64,000 bases of DNA, from positions 503 through 64,502 of the forward strand of contig JAITKJ010000026.1 of the NCBI GenBank assembly GCA_031278455.1. Reading direction: 5' to 3'. Below the pieces are notes generated by a model. It did no database searches and was not told the origin of the DNA. It saw only the letters and a program-made list of their open reading frames with translations. The position numbers and the translations under genes were made by a program. The stretch is from Puniceicoccales bacterium (GTDB lineage: Bacteria > Verrucomicrobiota > Verrucomicrobiia > Opitutales > JAIRLM01). Below, piece after piece: positions 18,016 through 27,020 of this stretch (its first letter is position 1; each line of letters begins with the position of its first letter).

Positions 18016-18420
18016 GGGGGTGTCATGGTTTCGACTGAAAAAGGTAAGATGGCATGGCGTGTTGGAGATGGGTGGCTAGCTCCATTAACAATCCATCCAA
18101 TGTCATGAAATGGCAAAAACAAAAAGGGAAAACTGGTTAAGGGGTTGTTTGGCCGCAAGGCCCGCATGGCTGCTTGATCGGAGAGATTGCCAGGGATGGC
18201 AATCCGTCGCGTTGTTTGACGGTCCGCTAGGATAACGCGGCGTCTGGTAGCGGGCAAGGACGTGGAAGGCGCGCTTTTTCCATGTTTTGATTAAGGCGCT
18301 CGTTTTGTGAAAATTTGCCGTTGGAATTTCATGAAATCAGATGTTAAACAGCGGCTACGCACGTAGATGTGCCATCTGTGGGTTTTTAGGACGTGGGTTC
18401 GACTCCCACCACCTCCACCA
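18016..18420 (+). ncRNA. ssrA: tmRNA (ssrA)
   Basis: 5' end GGGGGTGTCATGGTTTCGAC. 3' end GGACGTGGGTTCGACTCCCACCACCTCCACCA. The acceptor stem has a G3:U pair, the T-arm is GTGGG/TTCGACT/CCCAC, and CCA is encoded. The internal frame 18112..18177 ends ...ATG GCT GCT TGA, giving candidate tag GKNKKGKLVKGLFGRKARMAA. Confidence 0.85.
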
Positions 18421-18507
18421 CAACAATAGTTTCAAAAAAAATGTTATTTTTTCTTGCGCTTTGTTCGTTTTGGGGCATGATTGCGTCGGAAGTTCAAAGG
18501 AGGAAAA

Positions 18508-18711
18508 ATGAGTACCATTACAAATGCGTTAGTAACCACTATCAATACGTCGTCGCAAATTGTCCCAGTAGACGAACCCGGCAAACCTGGTACTGGTGGA
18601 ACAGATGTGGCACGAACGCAAGTCGGTGGAGCAAACAACGCAGCCGACCCACACACGCCCCCAGCGCAAACCGCACTAGCAAGGCTTGCGGCTGGCAGGG
18701 ATTGTATTTAA
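18508..18711 (+). CDS. small hypothetical protein (67 aa)
   Basis: Strong SD AAGGAGG (18497..18503) lies 4 nt before the ATG. Low-complexity Pro/Gly/Thr/Ala-rich product MSTITNALVTTINTSSQIVPVDEPGKPGTGG... Confidence 0.4.
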   Translation: MSTITNALVTTINTSSQIVPVDEPGKPGTGGTDVARTQVGGANNAADPHTPPAQTALARLAAGRDCI

Positions 18712-18780
18712 AAGGTGCCATGCACCAAATTAATTGCTTGCTATTGGAGCAGTCTAATAATTCCATAGCGTATAAATTGT

Positions 18781-19371
18781 ATGTCGAGGCATAAGGTTAT
18801 TGAGACTTCACGCTTGTGCTTGCGGCCTTTAGAGTTCTCGGATTTTGATCGTATCGTGGAATTCATGGGGCAACGGGCGGTAACGGATTTTTTACTTTAT
18901 TTTACATACCCAATTGTTCCAGAACAAGTTCGAGAATGGCTGAAAAATATACTTGAGGCTAAACCCGAACACTGTGCCTATTGGGCTATAGTTGAAAAAT
19001 CCAAAGGTGAGCTCATCGGCATTATCAGTCTTACTATGGATCCTTATAACCATAAAACCGAGATGGGATATTGGTTGGATAAGGACTTTTGGGGACAAGG
19101 GTATACGCCAGAAGCAGCATGGAGAGCTATCGAATACGTCTTTGAGGATTTGAAGCTTCATCGCATCGAGTTAACCCACATGGTGGCAAATACTCGCTCG
19201 CAACGGGTTGCGCAAAAGTTAGGGTTTCAGCTGGAGGGATGCTGGCGTGAGGGGCATTTTAAAAATGGAAGTTACAAGGACGTAAAAATCTACGGCATGC
19301 TCGCCGTAGATTATTCTCGAGCCCGAAAAATACGTGAAAAAGAAAACCAACAGCCAGCAAATCTAGCATAA
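18781..19371 (+). CDS. GNAT family N-acetyltransferase (RimJ/RimL-like)
   Basis: LRPLEFSDFDRIVEFM..., GYWLDKDFWGQGY, HRIELTHMVANTRSQRVAQKLGFQLEG. Typical Acetyltransf_3-type layout. Confidence 0.75.
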   Translation: MSRHKVIETSRLCLRPLEFSDFDRIVEFMGQRAVTDFLLYFTYPIVPEQVREWLKNILEAKPEHCAYWAIVEKSKGELIGIISLTMDPYNHKTEMGYWLDKDFWGQGYTPEAAWRAIEYVFEDLKLHRIELTHMVANTRSQRVAQKLGFQLEGCWREGHFKNGSYKDVKIYGMLAVDYSRARKIREKENQQPANLA

Positions 19372-19373
19372 AA

Positions 19374-20498
19374 ATGCTCTTTCAGCGGCATATTTTTTTT
19401 CAAGCGTCCAAAGCATGCGCTTTTGCCTGCGTTTTCTTTGTTGGTATTCTGCTCATTGGAAATGCGACAAAGGATTTGTTGCGATTTATTACGAACAGTC
19501 AGATGACGTTTGTATTTCTTCTCAAGGCACTTTTATTGCTTGTTCCAGCAATGGCAGCTTATGCCCTTCCGCTGGGTTTAGTTGCCGGTGTTTTATCTTC
19601 AGTTGGGCGAATGTCTTCGCAAAATGAATTTTTAATTTTGCAAGCCTGTGGAGTTTCCATGCAGCGCATAATCGCTCCCATTTTTTTGCTAGGCTTTCTT
19701 GCTTCGTTTTTCGCCCTGGGAGTTAATTTATTCTATGCGCCGCGGGCGATTCATTTTTATCGCAAAAATTTGCGAGACTTGGCCTTTCAAGATCCAATGC
19801 GGTTCATTCAGCCAAATTGCTTCATTAAAGATTTTCCTGGATATATTTTATTCGTCGATGCCCAAATTGGCACGGCAGCAACTGGAGTCCATGTGTGGGA
19901 ATTGGACAGCCATGGGTGCATAATCTCCTTTTTGTGCGCAGAAGGCGGGGAATTTTTTAAAGATGCTACCGGACTGTTGGTTAGGCTCAAGCGGGGCATG
20001 GTAGAGCGCTACGGGAAAAATGAATTTGTTCCATTGGCCCCAATTTATTTTCATAACCTTGCCCTGAATCTCCCAAATAAAGTTTCTACTGCCAACAAAG
20101 ATTGGATTAAGCCATTAAAACATTATGATTTATTCGAATTAATGGCCGTACTGCGGGAAAATACGAACGATAATTCCAATCGAAATTTTCAACGAAAAAG
20201 GTCCAGGGAATTTATCGCCGCCAATTATATTATCCAGCAGCATATTGCTTCGGCTGTGGCTATATTTTTATTCACGCCAATTGCAATTTATTTGGGGATT
20301 CGCGTGAAACGGAAAGAAAGCTCAATTGGAATCGTGTTCTCGCTCGCGCTTGTTCTTGGCTACTATCTTTTGACCATCGTTGTTTCCTGGTTGCAGATTA
20401 ACCCAGATCGGCGAGTTGATTTGGCTGCGTGGGCACCCACACTAGTTCTTGTTGCCATTGCAATTTTGGCTTCGAAAATGGTTGTCTATCGAAACTGA
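19374..20498 (+). CDS. LptF/LptG family LPS export permease
   Basis: 374 aa with the YjgP/YjgQ topology: three N-terminal TMs, a large periplasmic insert, three C-terminal TMs. The family-typical N-terminus is FIFFQASKA...LLIGNATKDL. Confidence 0.7.
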   Translation: MLFQRHIFFQASKACAFACVFFVGILLIGNATKDLLRFITNSQMTFVFLLKALLLLVPAMAAYALPLGLVAGVLSSVGRMSSQNEFLILQACGVSMQRIIAPIFLLGFLASFFALGVNLFYAPRAIHFYRKNLRDLAFQDPMRFIQPNCFIKDFPGYILFVDAQIGTAATGVHVWELDSHGCIISFLCAEGGEFFKDATGLLVRLKRGMVERYGKNEFVPLAPIYFHNLALNLPNKVSTANKDWIKPLKHYDLFELMAVLRENTNDNSNRNFQRKRSREFIAANYIIQQHIASAVAIFLFTPIAIYLGIRVKRKESSIGIVFSLALVLGYYLLTIVVSWLQINPDRRVDLAAWAPTLVLVAIAILASKMVVYRN

Positions 20499-20563
20499 TA
20501 TCTATCAGTGAAAGTTGATCCGTCTTTTGCCGCACAGAATTTGCAATACCAGTAGTTATACCT

Positions 20564-23017
20564 TTATTTGATGCCAGCTTCTAAGTTTGTTAAAATTATC
20601 TTGGCGCGGGCAACTAGGGCAGATGGCATACCCGCCAATTTTGCCACTTGAATGCCGTATGAGCGACTGGCACACCCGGGACAAACCTTCCGCAGAAATA
20701 AAATTTCGTCATTTTCCTCTTGGACGTCTACGTGAAAATTGCGCACACGCGGTAAAATTCCCTCCAGATTGGTGATTTCATGGTAGTGGGTGGCAAATAA
20801 AGTTATCGGGCCGCACATCCCTTCGCCATGAAGGTATTCCACCACTGCCCAGGCGATACTTAACCCGTCATATGTACTCGTCCCACGTCCGATTTCATCG
20901 AGGATAACCAAACTGTGCGGAGTGGCCAAATGGAGAATAGCCGCAGTTTCATGCATTTCGGCCATAAATGTCGACTGTCCTTGAGATAGGTTATCTCCGG
21001 CACCTATACGAGAAAAAATACGATCAATTCGTCCGATGCGGGCACTTTGTGCCGGAACCCAACATCCGCATCTGGCCATAATGGCAATGAGAGCTACCTG
21101 TCGAATGAATGTGGATTTGCCTCCCATATTAGGTCCAGTCAGCAGCATAATTTGCCGTTCGTCACTGCTTAAATGTGCCTCGTTTTCGACGAAATACTGC
21201 GTTCCTGCGAGTCCCGAAAATCGTTGGGAAATGAGCTGCTCCAGTACTGGATGGCGACCACCTTCAATGTCAATGGCATTGCTATCGTCAACTTTCGGAC
21301 ATGTGTAATTCCAATCACGCGCAACGACGGCCCATCCTGCAAAAATATCTAACTCGGCAAGGATGCTGGCTGCGTTGGAGATTTTTTCCGATTCCTGTAA
21401 CACGCGCCGAACTACACCCTCAAAAATTTCCCGTTCCAGTCCAGCGGCATTCCGTTGGGCATCAAGAATTTCTCGCTCTTTTTCCCGCAACGCCTCCGTA
21501 ATATAGCGCTCTCCATTGACTACCGTTTGCCGGCGAATATAATGACTTGGTACCATATGCAGATAGGACTTGGAGACTTCGATGAAATATCCAAAGGTTC
21601 CGTTGTTTTTGATGCGCAGGGTGCGGATGCCAGTTGCCCGTTGCTCCTCGGCCTCCCATTGGTTTAGCCACTGCGCACTGGATGACAGTATATCTCGGTA
21701 GCGATCAAGGGTCATGCAGTGTCCGTCGCGAATATAGCCGCCGTCAGAAAGGTCATTTGGTAAATGCTCAGCCATTGTCCGGCTTAATTCACCACATAAT
21801 TCCGAAAAATCTCCCAGTGCTTCGCCCATGGCCAGAACCAACTTCCCATCCAATTGACTAAGAAATGTTTGTAATCGTGGCAATTTCTCCAGAGTTTCCA
21901 AAATCCCACCAACATCACGCGGATTGCGCACGCGGTTATGTAGCCGGCCCAGCATGCGTAATAAATCACGGGTCTGTCCAAGCACCGAGCGAAAAGCATT
22001 GGTGACGGGCAAATTTTGCAGAAATTCGCCTACGCAGCTTTGTCGGCGAATAATTTCTTCTTCGTGTAACAGCGGTCGTGAGAGATACTCCCTTAAGAGA
22101 CGTGCTCCGGCTGCTGTTTCCGTCCGGTCCAATGCGGCAAGGAGGCTTCCCTCTCGGGTGTGCTGGACAGAATGGAAAATTTCCAAATTGCGCAACGTAG
22201 CACTATCGATGATTAGCGCTTGATCAAAGCGCACTTCCCGAAGGCGTTGAATGTTTTTGGGGCGAGCACATAAGCTTTGTCCCACATAGTGCAATAACGC
22301 CCCGGCAGCACGCAATGCAGGGTGGTGATCATCGATTGAAAATCCTCCAAGAGAAAGCACACCCAATGTGTCGCAAACAATTTTTTGAGCATTATCTTCG
22401 TCGAAGCATGACAATGGTAACTCCGACACAAGTTGCCGAGAGGCAAGTGCTTGAAATGTTTCAAGCCAATTATCTTTCTTGCCGTACCAAGCATCGCGGA
22501 ATCCTTCCGGAATGAGTATCTCCTTCGGCGCGAGCGCGGAAAGTACGGCCAAAAGCTCACCAACATCCGCAGAAGATGAAATGCGTAATTCGCCAGTGGA
22601 AAGTTCCAGCCAGGCCGCTCCAATGCCGGTTTTTTTAACGTCAAAGGCTAATATGTACTGTTGCTCCCTAGCATCCATTTGTTCATCCTCGATGACCGTT
22701 CCAGGGGAATAAATGCGGGTTAATGCGCGGCGGACAATTTTGCCTGGAACAGGAGCCTCAAGTTGATCGCAAACGGCCACGCGCCATCCGCCATCGAGTA
22801 ATTTTTTGATGTACCCATTTGCGGCGTGGCAGGGAATTCCTGCCATTGGCGCTCCTTGTCGCTGAGTAAGCGTTAAGCCAAGAAACTTCGATGCACGCTC
22901 AGCATCCTCATTGAATAATTCGTAAAAATCTCCTAGCCGAAAAAAAAGTAGCGTGCCCGCAGGAAGTCCACATCGCACTTCCCCGTACTGCGCCATCATG
23001 GGTGTTATCGAATGCAC
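20564..23017 (-). CDS. mutS: DNA mismatch repair protein MutS
   Basis: N-terminal TPMMAQY...FFRLGDFYELF, Walker A LLTGPNMGGKSTFIRQ, SLVILDEIGRGTSTYDG, FATHYHE. Confidence 0.95.
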   Translation of the reverse strand: MHSITPMMAQYGEVRCGLPAGTLLFFRLGDFYELFNEDAERASKFLGLTLTQRQGAPMAGIPCHAANGYIKKLLDGGWRVAVCDQLEAPVPGKIVRRALTRIYSPGTVIEDEQMDAREQQYILAFDVKKTGIGAAWLELSTGELRISSSADVGELLAVLSALAPKEILIPEGFRDAWYGKKDNWLETFQALASRQLVSELPLSCFDEDNAQKIVCDTLGVLSLGGFSIDDHHPALRAAGALLHYVGQSLCARPKNIQRLREVRFDQALIIDSATLRNLEIFHSVQHTREGSLLAALDRTETAAGARLLREYLSRPLLHEEEIIRRQSCVGEFLQNLPVTNAFRSVLGQTRDLLRMLGRLHNRVRNPRDVGGILETLEKLPRLQTFLSQLDGKLVLAMGEALGDFSELCGELSRTMAEHLPNDLSDGGYIRDGHCMTLDRYRDILSSSAQWLNQWEAEEQRATGIRTLRIKNNGTFGYFIEVSKSYLHMVPSHYIRRQTVVNGERYITEALREKEREILDAQRNAAGLEREIFEGVVRRVLQESEKISNAASILAELDIFAGWAVVARDWNYTCPKVDDSNAIDIEGGRHPVLEQLISQRFSGLAGTQYFVENEAHLSSDERQIMLLTGPNMGGKSTFIRQVALIAIMARCGCWVPAQSARIGRIDRIFSRIGAGDNLSQGQSTFMAEMHETAAILHLATPHSLVILDEIGRGTSTYDGLSIAWAVVEYLHGEGMCGPITLFATHYHEITNLEGILPRVRNFHVDVQEENDEILFLRKVCPGCASRSYGIQVAKLAGMPSALVARAKIILTNLEAGIK

Positions 23018-23106
23018 AAACGAATCTCACGCTGGCGGGAAGAGAATTGTCAATTGTTGGATCGTAATTACGTCAGTTACACTGCCATGCAATATTCCGC
23101 CGTTGG

Positions 23107-24108
23107 CTAGAAATTATATTCTAGCCGGAGGGAAGCGGCACAAGTTTTCTCGTCTTTTGACAGGACCGTTCGCAGGGTGGCCGCGAATTCCCATCCAGGT
23201 TTCATGGCTACACGTAATCCGCTAGCAAGTACGAAGGAATTTCGTGCAACATAGTTTGGTATCTGCTGAAAACTCACGCGCAATTCGTTGCTTTGCTCTG
23301 GGACTAAGCGACATTGGCAGCCGCATTTCAAATGGAAACCATGATCTCGCGAGATGAAGGCTTGATGCTCACTTTTCAATGCAAATCCAAATGTTCCGTC
23401 GAAAAAATTATAAATGTTTGCACATGAACCTGATTGTTTTAAGCGCGCGTGGTTGTAGTTAAGCAGCGTCCAAGGACCGATTTGCACTCCATTTTTCCCG
23501 TGGAGAATTTTTACAACTTCTATGGCGCCAAATTTTCCTTTGGCGCCAATTTTTTCTTGAAATATATAGATATACTCATGAATATCATTTTTACTATAGT
23601 ATATTCCGCCCCAAAAGTTGATGTTTATCGGCAAATCGTTTTCTCCCAGCACGTCATAGCCGACTAAAGCTGTGCCACTGATGATCTCCTGCGCGTCAGC
23701 CTTTTTCTTTGCCTTATCGGACAGCGCTGAAAAATACGCGCCACCACCAATATAACCAGCAATGGCGCCAAACCGCAAATGCTTACAAATATTTTCCAAC
23801 TGACATATGTGCTCGACGCCACAAAAAAGTCCTTTCATGGTAACTTGGTAGCCGAACCCCGTACTCCCACGCTTCTGTAGCCTGTCGCCGTGAATTGACG
23901 CAAAAAGCTGGGTTCCTGTCCTATCGGCGGCGCCTAACGAATCTGGCACAACGGTTGGCAGCATGGAGATGGCTTTTGTTTGAATGCCCGCCAACTCGCG
24001 GCAGCGGAGAAAATTCACACTAAATGAGGCGGCCTTTACGTCGTCATGACACAAAAACCCAACAAAGCATGCGGTAATTAAGCATTTTACCACTACTCTA
24101 CCTCTCAT
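23107..24108 (-). CDS. outer-membrane beta-barrel protein, autotransporter beta-domain-like, no obvious passenger
   Basis: N-terminal hydrophobic signal-like segment, alternating beta-strand pattern, C-terminal LRLEYNF (terminal Phe). About a dozen Cys. The ORF extends to 24171. Confidence 0.55.
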   Translation of the reverse strand: MRGRVVVKCLITACFVGFLCHDDVKAASFSVNFLRCRELAGIQTKAISMLPTVVPDSLGAADRTGTQLFASIHGDRLQKRGSTGFGYQVTMKGLFCGVEHICQLENICKHLRFGAIAGYIGGGAYFSALSDKAKKKADAQEIISGTALVGYDVLGENDLPININFWGGIYYSKNDIHEYIYIFQEKIGAKGKFGAIEVVKILHGKNGVQIGPWTLLNYNHARLKQSGSCANIYNFFDGTFGFALKSEHQAFISRDHGFHLKCGCQCRLVPEQSNELRVSFQQIPNYVARNSFVLASGLRVAMKPGWEFAATLRTVLSKDEKTCAASLRLEYNF

Positions 24109-24322
24109 AAGGGACGCAATTATAAAACTTCGTGGGAGAGTTTCAACATTTTTGTAAAAATTTTCACGCATCTATTGTACTGCCAGGAGTCCACTATAGA
24201 AAACAAGTCGCAAAATAACGCATTGAAGATTTGTGCCATCGATGCGCATTTGGCAATCCACGGTTCTTGCATTTGCTGCTCTGCGCGGTTTTGTTGTGGC
24301 CAATTTCGGAAATCCTTATCTG

Positions 24323-25111
24323 ATGACAAAAAATAATTTTACCGGGTGTATTTCTAGCCGTCAAAATCCAAACATTCTGTGGGTGGCAACATTGCGAAAA
24401 CCTGAGCGGCGGCGCGAAGAAGGATTCTTTGCCATCGAAGGCCGCCGGGAAGTACTGCGTGCCTTAGATAACAATTTCTCGGTAAAAATGATTTTTTTGA
24501 TAAATACCGTGTCTTTTCGAGCGGAGCATATTGACCAGGTTTTTCGCGTGACGCCTGAGGTGTTTGCAAAGATTTCTTGTCGCCAAAATCCCGACGGAAT
24601 TTTGGCAGTTGCCGAACTTCCAAAGAGTTTTCTGCCCGTTCAATTACCAAATAGTGCACTCGTTTTAATTGCCGAAGGCTTAGAAAAACCGGGAAATTTA
24701 GGCGCCATCATTCGAACGGCGGAAGCAGCTGGTTGCGACCTGGTCATCTTTGCAGATCCTCTCACGGACCCCTGGAATCCGAATGTCATTCGCGCATCAC
24801 AGGGGGCGATTTTTGGGCAAAACATTGCATGTTGTTCTAATGACGAGGCCCTGCTGTTCTTAAATAAAAACAACATTCCCATTGTGGCGACGGTACCTGA
24901 TGCGCAAAGAGACTATTGGGATGCATTTTTCTCGGATTCACTTGCCATCGCTGTGGGGAATGAGCACCATGGGCTTTCAAAATTCTGGCTAAAAAATGCC
25001 AATTTGCCCGTGCGTATTCCTATGTGCGGCGATACTTCCGACTCGCTCAATGTAGGCATCGCAGCGGCGTTGTGCCTCTATGAATTTCGCCGCACGCATC
25101 CTTATAAATAG
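24323..25111 (+). CDS. TrmH/SpoU family RNA 2'-O-methyltransferase
   Basis: LEKPGNLGAIIRTAEAAG, AVGNEHHGLS, IPMCGDTSDSLNVGIAAALCLYE: the three SpoU motifs. Met at 24323 is the likely start (the ORF opens at 24233). Confidence 0.8.
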   Translation: MTKNNFTGCISSRQNPNILWVATLRKPERRREEGFFAIEGRREVLRALDNNFSVKMIFLINTVSFRAEHIDQVFRVTPEVFAKISCRQNPDGILAVAELPKSFLPVQLPNSALVLIAEGLEKPGNLGAIIRTAEAAGCDLVIFADPLTDPWNPNVIRASQGAIFGQNIACCSNDEALLFLNKNNIPIVATVPDAQRDYWDAFFSDSLAIAVGNEHHGLSKFWLKNANLPVRIPMCGDTSDSLNVGIAAALCLYEFRRTHPYK

Positions 25112-26316
25112 ATATGAGCAATTTCGCAAAAAATAACTCCAATTGCGGCGATACAAACAAGACACTGCGCTATGGGATTTCCGACGGCTCCGTAATTAAG
25201 CGTGGCGAATTTACCAATTTTGACGAGATACAAGGGTAATAGAATGGCGAGAATGGCTAAAATAACACCTGCAACGCCGAGAATGATCGTAAAAGCGCCC
25301 GGAATGAGTAGTGCCAGGGCCAACGGCGGGATGGTACTTATCGCGGCTGGTAATGCGCGATGTCGGGCAATGTGAAATTTGCCGGGCAAAAGAGCGTGCA
25401 AAGTACTGCAAAGGCCCAGTCCAACGCCAACCATGGATGTGGTAACGGCAAGGACGGAGACCGCCCAAACGATGGTACGGATTGCTGGATTGGCCGTGAG
25501 ACGGCTTAGTTCTATGACGAGCGAACCAACGTCCACATGGCCCAATGCCATTTTATCATAAAATGCGGGATTGCTACCGTGAATTGCCAAAAGAACTGCG
25601 ACGGTCCAGATGATATAGACGGCGGCCGGGATGAGGCTTCCCCACAGAAATACGCGACAAAGCACATCCTTGTTTTGCGCATAATAATTGGAAAGGGTGT
25701 GAAAAATAACCTGAAATCCAAAGGAGGTAAATAGGATAGGAATAACGGCAATCCAATGGCGCAATTTTGCGACTGGTGGAGGAAATAGGATCGATCTATC
25801 CCATGATACATGCCGCGAAAGGCCGACCAGTAAAAAAGCCGCAACTATAAGCATACCAATAAAAAGTGGACGGTTGACCAAATCCAATCCGCGAAGCGGA
25901 AGCATCATCAGGCCGCAAAAAATAGCGGATACGCCTATAGTCATCAGCCAATGACTTTGTGGTGCCAGCTGAAATGTCTCCGATAAAAGAGCCGAAAGAC
26001 CATAAAAATAAGCGGCCAGAAGTGCATACATGAGCAATAACAGCATGAGCCGACCAAGCCATGCCGCTTTTATTCCGCTGAAATGTTTGCCCAACCGGCC
26101 GATATCCATACCGCAGCCGGCCTGCAAATTAAGCTCCAAGTTAATGAGTGCTGAGTAATACGCCACGGCCCAAGTGATAGCCATAATCAACACCGTGCCA
26201 ACTAAACCAACGCTTGCTAACACCATTGGAAGTGCTATTACTCCGCCACCAATGCAGGTTCCGGCAACAATAAAAATGCCAGCCAACTGTCCATTTTTTC
26301 TCACGGCCCGACTCAT
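25102..26316 (-). CDS. aromatic amino acid permease (HAAAP family, TyrP/Mtr/TnaB-like)
   Basis: About 11 TM segments. N-terminal AGIFIVAGTCIGGGVIALP is characteristic of HAAAP transporters. Confidence 0.7.
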   Translation of the reverse strand: MSRAVRKNGQLAGIFIVAGTCIGGGVIALPMVLASVGLVGTVLIMAITWAVAYYSALINLELNLQAGCGMDIGRLGKHFSGIKAAWLGRLMLLLLMYALLAAYFYGLSALLSETFQLAPQSHWLMTIGVSAIFCGLMMLPLRGLDLVNRPLFIGMLIVAAFLLVGLSRHVSWDRSILFPPPVAKLRHWIAVIPILFTSFGFQVIFHTLSNYYAQNKDVLCRVFLWGSLIPAAVYIIWTVAVLLAIHGSNPAFYDKMALGHVDVGSLVIELSRLTANPAIRTIVWAVSVLAVTTSMVGVGLGLCSTLHALLPGKFHIARHRALPAAISTIPPLALALLIPGAFTIILGVAGVILAILAILLPLYLVKIGKFATLNYGAVGNPIAQCLVCIAAIGVIFCEIAHIYL

Positions 26317-26610
26317 CACACATTTACTGCAATTGCAAAACAAAGGAAAATTTTACACTAAAACTTCTACACGGCAACTTGTTCATTGCTTCACGGTAGC
26401 CTACAGAGCTACCAGCAAAAATCAATCCGCCAGTATCGTTTGCGCGGATGAAATGCCATCGCATTTTTTGCCTTCTGGTAGCTAATTCTGTTCCGATGCC
26501 ATCCATGCGTGGGGGCATTGCCATCTGTCGGCCAAGCGAGTTGTTCGCTGCGGGAAACACGACAAAAAACGAAATACGCATTTTCCTGTGACTGTGGTGG
26601 AGGATGGATG

Positions 26611-26634
26611 AAAAATCGACTTTCGCAAGATGTT
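26611..26634 (+). repeat. partial copy of the dispersed repeat core seen at 45071..45094
   Basis: AAAAATCGACTTTCGCAAGATGTT versus CAAAATAGACTTTCGCAAGAAGTT: 21/24 identical, including an exact 13-mer GACTTTCGCAAGA. Confidence 0.5.
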
Positions 26635-26657
26635 AAACAAAAAAAGTCTAATCCAAC

Positions 26658-27017
26658 TCAGGGCGCCGATGGTTGTCGCCCAAAAAATCCCAATATGGCA
26701 TTCAAATTTCTGGCAACTACATTCCCGATTACCATGCAAGCGAGAAGAATTCCAAGAGAAATTCCTAATCCGACAAAAATACCAGCTGGTGTTACGGCAA
26801 CGAGGGTGGTGTAAACAAGCACGCATGCCATCAATGTAACGCCAACTGCGCCACCGGTCGCCACACCAATATCTACCCGCTCATCAATTTGCCTTTTGGT
26901 AGGGGTTGCGGGATTTTGGCTGTCGAGTCTTGTTAAGATGGGGGGGCCGCCTTTACCCGAAGAAACACTCACGAACTCATTATGCCAAAGAATCTTCGTG
27001 TTGAAAGCAAAAAACAT
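26658..27017 (-). CDS. small membrane protein with bilobed hydrophobic domain (119 aa)
   Basis: Two adjacent TM helices (IGVATGGAVGVTLMACVLVYTTLVAV and IFVGLGISLGILLACMVIGNVV) are separated by TPAG. The start ATG is 3 nt after the stop of the upstream thiamine pyrophosphokinase gene. Confidence 0.55.
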   Translation of the reverse strand: MFFAFNTKILWHNEFVSVSSGKGGPPILTRLDSQNPATPTKRQIDERVDIGVATGGAVGVTLMACVLVYTTLVAVTPAGIFVGLGISLGILLACMVIGNVVARNLNAILGFFGRQPSAP

Positions 27018-27020
27018 TTC

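Noticed and set aside
18009-18794. ORFs 18009..18257 (-) and 18393..18794 (+)
   Set aside because: Both overlap the tmRNA gene (18016..18420), whose tRNA-like ends are clear. They are ORF-caller artefacts.
18508-19371. Small ORF plus GNAT gene as a GNAT-type toxin-antitoxin pair
   Set aside because: The acetyltransferase looks RimJ/RimL-like (about 196 aa, Acetyltransf_3 pattern). The small ORF has no RHH/DUF1778-like features, and the two are 70 bp apart.
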